A stretch of 34,862 bases of DNA from a candidate division FCPU426 bacterium (GTDB taxonomy: Bacteria; Oederibacteriota; Muellerivitia; Muellerivitales; Muellerivitaceae). This document shows, piece by piece, positions 27,940-34,862 of the stretch. Position 1 is the stretch's first letter. Each line of letters begins with the position of its first letter. The position numbers were made by a program, and so were the translations under genes. The DNA lies in contig CAWHOE010000016.1 in assembly GCA_963830915.1 (NCBI GenBank), positions 1-34,862 of the forward strand, written 5' to 3'. The notes beneath the pieces are model-generated. The model saw only the letters and a list, made by a program, of their open reading frames with translations, was not told the DNA's origin and did no database searches.

Positions 27940-30178
27940 ATGCGTTCCACTTTGTTCCAACAACCGCTCTATAAAAAACGTTTTTTGTTTTGGGCGTCCA
28001 TCGGCTTTTTGATCTTGTCGGGATCCCCGGCTTTAGCCCAAGGCCAAACGGCCCCGGCTTCCACGCCCGTTGAAACGCCCTCCGCGGCGGTCAGCCAAAA
28101 CGACGCGGGTGATACCAGTCTGGAGGGATTGGCCGACCGGCAGGTAGAGGTCAGTTCCACCGATTCGGTCGTGACCTCTTCCGCGAAAAAAAGCGAAACG
28201 ATCCGCCACGCGACCTCAGCCATCTATGTCATCACGTCCGAGGACATCGCCCGAAGCGGGGCCCGCTACCTTCCTGATCTTTTGGCGATGGTGCCGGGAG
28301 TGCAGGTTTCCCGCCAAAGCTCGGGTGAGTGGGCCGTCAGCGCCCGGGGTTTCAACGCGACCTACAACGACAAGATGCTGGTACTGGTCGACGGACGAAG
28401 CGTCTACGACCCGGTCTTGGGCGGGGTCGACTGGAGCGAACAGGACCTGATGTTGAAGGATATCGACCATATCGAGGTGATACGAGGCCCGGGCGGGACC
28501 CTTTGGGGAGCCAACGCGGTCAACGGCGTGGTGAACATCATCACGAAAGACGCGAAATTGACCCAGGGTTTTTACCTGTCGGGTTCAGCGGGCGACCCGC
28601 TTTACGGCCGCGGCGTCCAGGCGCCTTATTCCATCGACGGTTTGGCGGCGGTCCGCTATGGGGGACAGATCGGGGATGATCTCTACTACCGTGTTTACGG
28701 GCAATCCGCCGACCGCAACCCTTTCCAGGACCCGGCACGGGAGCGCTTTTCATGATGACTGGTACGACACCCGCGCGGGTTTCCGCGCCGACCTGCACAA
28801 GGACCAGGACCAATTGACCTTGCAAGCGGAGGCCCAGAGCGCCCATTTCAATTATGAAAGGGGCGACTTGGCGTCGAATCCGATTCCCGATTACTTCAAC
28901 CCCGAAACTTTCGCCACCCCTTGGCTTGAGACCAACGGGATCCTCGACCGGAACGCCCACTTTTTGGGGCGCTGGACCCACACCTTCGACGACGGTTCGG
29001 ACCTTCAGTTCCAGTCCTATTATGACTACAACAACAAGACCGCCGCCAACGACGCGCGCATCACCAACGTGGGGACTTTCGACATGGAGTTCCAGCACCG
29101 CTTCATCCTGGAGGGCGTCAACGAGATAACCTGGGGCCTCAATTTCAATAACGTTTCAGACCAGTTTTTCAACCCCGTGAACTTTGTCTATGTGCCGGGC
29201 GACCAGAACCTGAATACATACGGCGGGTTCCTGCAGGACCGGTTGACCCTGGAGGAGGACCGGCTTTACCTGACCGCCGGGACCAAACTGGAAAACAATC
29301 CCAATACGGGTTTTGAATGGTCTCCCTCGGGACGGCTTCTTTTCACTCCCGACAGCAATAACAGCCTCTGGGCCGCCGTCTCGAGGGCCGAGCGCACCCC
29401 GCCGCAGGCGGCCGGATCGCTCTATATCTTCTTCAATGGTTTCCAGTCGCCGGTCCCGGGGGACCCCAACAGCCCCTATTACTTCAGCTTGGTGCCCAAC
29501 ACCCAGCTGAAATCGGAGAACTTGGTGGCCTATGAGTTGGGATACCGCGTGACCCCCTTGCGGGAGACGCAGGTCGACCTTTCCGCCTTTTACAACCATT
29601 ACGATAACCTGATCGCCATCAACGATATCGGCGATTACAACCCGCTTGGGATACCCGGGTTCCCGGGTCCGCCCGTGCCCGGTCCGACGACGCCCTTGGG
29701 TGGCACCTACATGCAGATGCTTCAGCTTCAGAACGTGGGGTCGGGTGATATCTACGGCGTTGAGTTGAGCGTGAAGTGGGACCCTTACCCCAACCTCCAC
29801 TTCGCGGGTTCCTATACCTACGACGACTACGACCAGTCCCTTTTGAATGCCCTCAACCGTGAATTGGGCGCCGCGCCGCCGCATAACCTGGCCAATGCCA
29901 GGGTCAGTTGGGCTTTCATACCCGAGTTGGAACTCGACACAGCCCTCTATTACACCGATTCCACCCCCATCGTGGACCCGGACCCGAACCAGGTCTCCAA
30001 CACCCTCTCTTACACCCGATGGGACCTGGGGGCTCGATGGAAGCCGACGGAAAACCTGGAAGTCTCGGCCTGGGCCATGGACCTGGAAGGGGCCCATACC
30101 GAGACCCTGCTTTCCTATGGGATCCTACCCGCGCAAGTTGTGCCGACGTTCTACGGCCAACTGGCGCTGAAATACTAG
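27940..30178 (+). pseudogene. TonB-dependent receptor, frameshifted near 28735
   Basis: The plug domain (SAIYVITSEDI, MLVLVDGRS, IEVIRGPGGTLWGANAVNGVVNIITK) is in 27940-28755. The barrel ending TFYGQLALKY is in 28658-30178. Confidence 0.88.
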
Positions 30179-30188
30179 GCGGTACATC

Positions 30189-30755
30189 ATGAAAAAAACC
30201 AACGGTAAACAAAGCGCCTCGATCCTTCTACTGATCGGCCTGCTCGTCCTATCCTCGCCGCTCCTTCGGGCCGCGGCCGTAAACGAATACGACGTCAAGG
30301 CCGCTTACCTGATCAATTTCGGGAAATTCGTGTCCTGGCCCGAAAAAACCTTCGCGAACACAACCGCGCCCATCGTCATCGGTATCCTGGGTGACGATCC
30401 TTTCGGCGACTCCCTGGACCGGGCCGTGGAGGGGAAGCAGTTCGAGGGCCGCCCATTCACGGTGAAACGCTTCGAGCGGTTCGATCCAGCCCACGCGGAG
30501 GCCCTGCGCCATTGCCAGATCCTGTTCATCTCCTATTCGGAGAAGGATTCGGCCTACGAGATCCTCAAGGCTCTGGAAGGTTCCAGCGTCTTGACCGTGG
30601 CGGAGTTCCACGTTTTCGGGGTCATGGGGGGGATCATTACCTTTGACCAGATAGGGGACAAGATCAATTTGATCCTCAACACTGACGCCGCGCTGAAGGC
30701 GAACTTGAAGATCAGCGCCAAACTCATGCAGGTCGCGCACATCTATAAGAAATAG
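30189..30755 (+). CDS. YfiR-family (DUF4154) periplasmic protein
   Basis: EYDVKAAYLINFGKFVSWP, IGILGDDPFG, CQILFIS, GGIITF and LKISAKLM. Confidence 0.9.
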   Translation: MKKTNGKQSASILLLIGLLVLSSPLLRAAAVNEYDVKAAYLINFGKFVSWPEKTFANTTAPIVIGILGDDPFGDSLDRAVEGKQFEGRPFTVKRFERFDPAHAEALRHCQILFISYSEKDSAYEILKALEGSSVLTVAEFHVFGVMGGIITFDQIGDKINLILNTDAALKANLKISAKLMQVAHIYKK

Positions 30756-30771
30756 CGCGCCTTCACCCGAA

Positions 30772-30880
30772 ACATGCCGACCTTCCCATAAAGATATAAA
30801 GGGGTCGGTATAGTGCCGATTTCTAATGATTTTATTTTATTAGTTAATCGGCACAGGTGTCGGCCTTTATGCCTGAGGTC
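30772..30880. repeat. Double-hairpin element homologous to 23312-23396
   Basis: ATGCCGACC...GGTCGGTAT-A-GTGCCGATT...AATCGGCAC-AGGTGT. Confidence 0.8.
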
Positions 30881-31198
30881 AGATTTAGGCCGCAAACCGC
30901 GGTCGAAAGCTCTCTGTTAACATTCCGCAGCGCGCTGCGCACGGCAGTGATCATAAGGACATGCCGCAAACAGTGACTGTCAACCGTTAACTGTAGTCCA
31001 CCAACTGTCGACTATTTTTTTTATCTTACCTTGAATTGATTTTTGCAACTATTTAGTCCGACAAAAAAAGATCACGGTCCTTCTACTTTAACAGCGTGGA
31101 AATTCACTGTTAAACCTGGAACGAGCTATATCTTTTTTTCCTTAACGGAAGCATATTTCATCCAAGAAATAAAAACGAGAGAGCGAAAGAGGGAAAAA

Positions 31199-31630
31199 AT
31201 GAAAAACGGATGGGTGGAGAAACAAGAAAGACACAGAGTGGCCGCCACGTTGAAAGCGCAGTTCCGTTTGTTGGACCCGACGGAAGCCAGGGAATTGCAT
31301 GCCCAAGCCTCCTATCGGCAGACTGGCTTGAAACAACTGGCCGAACTTTCGAAGGGTTCAGGTTTTCACCGGGCTATCCTGAAGGACATCTTCCTGAGCG
31401 AACTTTTCCTGTTGAGCCAGCACCCTTTAACGACGGGCGAAAAAATGGAGATCCTCCTGCAACTTCCCCAATACCGCCTGCCCTTGTCCCTTTTGGCCGG
31501 GATGGGGGAGGTGAAAACCACCCAGGAAATGGGGCGTAGCCTCTTCCATGGCCCATTGCAAGTGTTGGCTATCCACAAGGACGATGTGGACCGGCTGTCC
31601 AGGACCCATTTGCAACAGCAAATGAACTAG
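31199..31630 (+). CDS. PilZ-like domain protein
   Basis: N-terminal EKQERHRV, degenerate DIFLSELFL in place of DxSxxG, and 'PL..G..MEILLQLP'. Confidence 0.55.
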   Translation: MKNGWVEKQERHRVAATLKAQFRLLDPTEARELHAQASYRQTGLKQLAELSKGSGFHRAILKDIFLSELFLLSQHPLTTGEKMEILLQLPQYRLPLSLLAGMGEVKTTQEMGRSLFHGPLQVLAIHKDDVDRLSRTHLQQQMN

Positions 31631-31632
31631 TA

Positions 31633-31702
31633 CAGATAGCTCACAGTCGACAGCTGACAGTCGACAGACGGCAGCTGATAGCTAACGGCTGACGGTTCAC
31701 GG
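31633..31702. repeat. Heptamer array (CAGnnGA orientation)
   Basis: tagctca cagtcga cagctga cagtcga cagacgg cagctga tagctaa cggctga. A shorter opposite-orientation run lies at ~30975-31013. Confidence 0.8.
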
Positions 31703-31762
31703 CGAAAAAAGGTCGGCGGCGGGCCGTTCTTAGATAACCATTTCCTTACAAAAACAAAGGCC

Positions 31763-32665
31763 TTACTCGAAACCGTAAAAGGAATAAGGGACCCCTTTGG
31801 AATCCTTCACAGTGCTGTTGATATAAACAATGCCCATAGTGCTGTCGTACAGCCAACCTGAGCCGCTTTGAGTAGGGACTCCACCTTTTTCCGTCAAGGT
31901 TACATTATTCCCAACGGGGCTTGGGGCACGCGCGATAAAGGCGCCAGTCGCCTTGACCGGGGGAATGGCCGTGAGGTACTTAGGGACCAGGTCTTTCTCC
32001 AGGTCCGCCGGGTATTTACCGTTGTTCTCGCCGTAATAAATGGCAACGGCCGATTTAATGGTTCCTAAATTACCCTTGGTGGCCCCCTCCCGCGACTTCT
32101 CCAACATCTGGGCGAAACGGGGGATGGCGATGGCGGCCAGTATGCCGCAGACCGCTATGCCAAAGAATGGAAGCAAAACCAGGATCAAGATCATCACGAT
32201 CTCGTTGTAAGGTTTGATGAGGACGACCTTGGTGTTCGACGCGAGATCGGCGAGGGACCTTTTATCTTTCTGAAATAGCTCCACCCAGTAACCCAACCCT
32301 AATGGTATGGCGAAGAGCAAGTTGCAAAGCGAGCGCCAAAGGGAAATGGGAAATGAAACCTTCGAGCCGTCCAGGCGGACAACCCTCAAGTTGAAGATGA
32401 ATTTTCCTAAAGTACAGCCCCAAATGGCTGTGGAGATGGTGAAGTAGAGCCACGGAATGCCGAGGTAGAGGGACCCCAGGATAAGGCCTGTCAACAAACC
32501 GGCTTGTTCCTTGGGAAAGGACCTGAATAAGTTCGGGAGAATGATGGCGGTGAAAAGGCTGATGAACACGAAACTTCCCAAAATAAGGGCGCAGTCCAAA
32601 AACAAAGCCGCGGCCCGTGGTAAAAACCCGCCCGGCTCTCCGGTAACCGTTTTTTTATTAGCCAC
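31763..32665 (-). CDS. RDD-family membrane protein fused to a pilin/pseudopilin-like domain
   Basis: GGFLPRAAALFLD, GCTLGKFIFNLRVV and RSLADLASNTKVV (RDD), then GILAAIAIPRF...KSREGATKGNLGTIKSAVAIYY....GKYP..L. GTG start with AGGAGG. Confidence 0.85.
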   Translation of the reverse strand: MANKKTVTGEPGGFLPRAAALFLDCALILGSFVFISLFTAIILPNLFRSFPKEQAGLLTGLILGSLYLGIPWLYFTISTAIWGCTLGKFIFNLRVVRLDGSKVSFPISLWRSLCNLLFAIPLGLGYWVELFQKDKRSLADLASNTKVVLIKPYNEIVMILILVLLPFFGIAVCGILAAIAIPRFAQMLEKSREGATKGNLGTIKSAVAIYYGENNGKYPADLEKDLVPKYLTAIPPVKATGAFIARAPSPVGNNVTLTEKGGVPTQSGSGWLYDSTMGIVYINSTVKDSKGVPYSFYGFE

Positions 32666-32903
32666 ATAGTCCTCCTTGAATAAGTTTGGAATCAGTTTAC
32701 AGCTGACAGGCCATAGTCGGTTATAAGGAATTCTCCCTAATAAAATATAAACAAGACGGTGGTACGAAGCCCTATGACAGACTCCCCAGGGCGTTGTATT
32801 CTACCCCCGTCTTAGGTGTCCGTTTTTGGGGAAGTGAGCGGATCGCCCTTTTGTTCGAGACGCGCGCATTCACCTGTGACTCAGGAAGAGGAGGCGGCTT
32901 ACG

Positions 32904-34496
32904 ATGAAAAAAAATATTTCCTGGGCCTTCCTCGGGTTCGTGATCCCAACGGCCCTCACGGTCCTGTCCTCCTGCAGCTCGGGTCTTCTGAACCCAGCCT
33001 CTCCCGTGGCCCAACCCCCGGCCAACACCCCGACGATCACCCAGACGCCCACTATCACCGATACCCCCACCATTACCTTGACACCCACCAAAACCTTCAC
33101 ACCCACGATCACCAACACGCCCACCCAGACCTTTACTCACACTAACACCTTCACATCCACTGACACCTTCACCTGGACCAATACCTTTACACCCAGCGAT
33201 ACGGCCACGAATACCAATACGCCCACCATCACATTCACCCCCACGGTCACTTCCACCCCTACCCAGAGCTTCACCACGACGGACACCCTCACATCGACCT
33301 ACACCGTTACACCCAGCGATACAGCCACGACCACGGACACGGTCACTATCACCGTTACACCCACAATCACCAATACCCCCACCAACACGATCACATCGAC
33401 CGTTACCGCCACACCCACCAACACAGGCACCAACACATTCACACCCACTGTGACGGATACGCCTACCCTGACGCTGTCACCCACCCCGACCATTTCACCT
33501 ACCTTGACCTCCACGCCCACGAACACACCCCCGGGCATGCTGACGTACACACCCACGCTTGTTCCCACCCGGGACGAGAACCACACCCCGACGATCACCG
33601 CGTCCAGCACCCCCACTTCCACCGATACGCTCTGCGCGTTATGCACGCCGACCATCACCCCGTCGCCTTTTCCTTATAACTTGTGGACCTTGTTCTCGAC
33701 CCTGGGACATCCGGGGATCGAAACTGGCGCGAACGCCAACTTTTCCTGGCCGGAAGGGGTGGCGGTGGGTTGCGGGTATCTGGCGGTCAGCGATGAGGAA
33801 TATGAGAACGTCGAGATATTCAACAGCACCGGGACCTATCTATACAACATCACGCCGTCGGGAGTTGAGCCGGACCTCTATGGCATGACCATCGATAGCA
33901 ACGGGGAACTTTATGTGACGGATTACCTGGATTCCAAGGTGGACGGTTATTACCTGAAGCCCACCGGGGCCGTTTACGATTACAGCTGGTCCGGCCAAGG
34001 AGCCATGAGCGGCCCAACGGGAGTGAAGATCGACGCGAACGGCAATTTGGTCGTGGCCGACTGGAACAACTCAAAGATCTATAACTTGAACTGGGTGGAC
34101 GATTCCATCCTGAACCAGACGGGGACCGCGAACCTGAACAGCCCTTCGGATGTCACCCTGGACCCTTCCGGGAACATTTATGTCGCTAATGACATAGCGG
34201 GCGGCCATGGGCAGGTCGTCAAGTTCGACAGCGGATACAATTATGTCAGCTCATTCGATGGGACGGGCTGGACCTACCAGTTCACGCCGAGTGTTCTCAG
34301 CTTGGGTATGGATTCGCAAGGAAACCTGTTCATTGTGGATAACGGGCTTGATCGGGTGGTTTACGCCACCACGCAAGGGACTTACCTGGGCGAGATAGAC
34401 GGTTTCAACAACCTGGGGTACCTGACCCTGGACAAATCCGACGACCTGTTCGTGGCGGATTCGGGCGCTGGTTACGTATATGAATACACGAGATGA
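32904..34496 (+). CDS. Lipoprotein with very long Thr/Pro linker and NHL-repeat propeller
   Basis: Lipobox LSS-C, about 215 aa of TxTPT repeats, then PEGVAV, PTGVKIDANGNLVVAD and PSDVTLDPSGNIYVA. Confidence 0.88.
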   Translation: MKKNISWAFLGFVIPTALTVLSSCSSGLLNPASPVAQPPANTPTITQTPTITDTPTITLTPTKTFTPTITNTPTQTFTHTNTFTSTDTFTWTNTFTPSDTATNTNTPTITFTPTVTSTPTQSFTTTDTLTSTYTVTPSDTATTTDTVTITVTPTITNTPTNTITSTVTATPTNTGTNTFTPTVTDTPTLTLSPTPTISPTLTSTPTNTPPGMLTYTPTLVPTRDENHTPTITASSTPTSTDTLCALCTPTITPSPFPYNLWTLFSTLGHPGIETGANANFSWPEGVAVGCGYLAVSDEEYENVEIFNSTGTYLYNITPSGVEPDLYGMTIDSNGELYVTDYLDSKVDGYYLKPTGAVYDYSWSGQGAMSGPTGVKIDANGNLVVADWNNSKIYNLNWVDDSILNQTGTANLNSPSDVTLDPSGNIYVANDIAGGHGQVVKFDSGYNYVSSFDGTGWTYQFTPSVLSLGMDSQGNLFIVDNGLDRVVYATTQGTYLGEIDGFNNLGYLTLDKSDDLFVADSGAGYVYEYTR

Positions 34497-34533
34497 AGAA
34501 GTTTCATTCTTCGCGGCGAACAGGGAGGGAAAA

Positions 34534-34785
34534 ATGAAAAAAACGATAGTCATCATGGTGACCGCCTTTTTCCTGGCCCTCTCCCTGGGGGCGCGAACGG
34601 CGCAACCCTCGCCGAGCAAAAGAATCCATACCAGGCCACCCTACTCGGGGCCAAGCAAGGCAGGACAGACGCCTAAAAAACATGGTCGGCTCATCCACTC
34701 ATTTCCAAACAAGGGAAGGGATCGACCCAACAGGAAAAACCCAAGTCGGACCATATCGTCGTCCGATAGGGAAAACGTAGTTTGA
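34534..34785 (+). CDS. Small basic secreted hypothetical protein
   Basis: GGGAGG RBS and MKKTIVIMVTAFFLALSLGA signal peptide. Confidence 0.5.
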   Translation: MKKTIVIMVTAFFLALSLGARTAQPSPSKRIHTRPPYSGPSKAGQTPKKHGRLIHSFPNKGRDRPNRKNPSRTISSSDRENVV

Positions 34786-34862
34786 CTGCCCCAGGAACTT
34801 TTCTTCCAAAAATCACAATTTTCACTCGCCAATCCATTAAAAATTCTCGACTTGGTTTATCG

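Noticed and set aside
23519..31061. Shared TATTTAGTCC motif upstream of two genes (23520, 31051)
   Set aside because: Only 10 bp, AT-rich and seen in two exact copies, which is too weak to call a regulatory site.

Overview
A 34.9-kb bacterial chromosomal window with a GC-rich backbone. It starts in the 3' half of ilvC and continues as an accessory region dense in envelope genes: Thr/Pro-linker NHL/kelch beta-propeller lipoproteins, outer-membrane beta-barrels, a TonB-dependent receptor with YfiR, a PilZ-like protein, an RDD-pilin fusion and a DUF2157/DUF4824-like pair. It also encodes a membrane adenylate cyclase, a class-3 lipase, a patatin, a YbjQ-like protein, an M48 peptidase and a 3-hydroxyisobutyrate-type dehydrogenase. 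The main candidate for a new system is an AT-rich island (~14700-19900) carrying a tightly coupled operon of a Dam-family adenine methyltransferase, a DGQHR (DndB/ParB-like) protein and a HEPN-like protein, with no recognisable restriction endonuclease. A trypsin-like protease and a membrane protein follow it. The island is preceded by an 850-bp non-coding block of stacked 7-, 11- and 21-bp periodic repeats and by a diverged second copy of the 3' end of the upstream NHL gene. A dispersed family of RTRCCR...YGGYAY hairpins and several heptamer arrays occupy intergenic spaces. Four genes carry single frameshifts, which may be assembly errors. No rRNA, tRNA, CRISPR array, integrase or transposase was seen. 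All family calls come from motif recognition by eye, not database searches.
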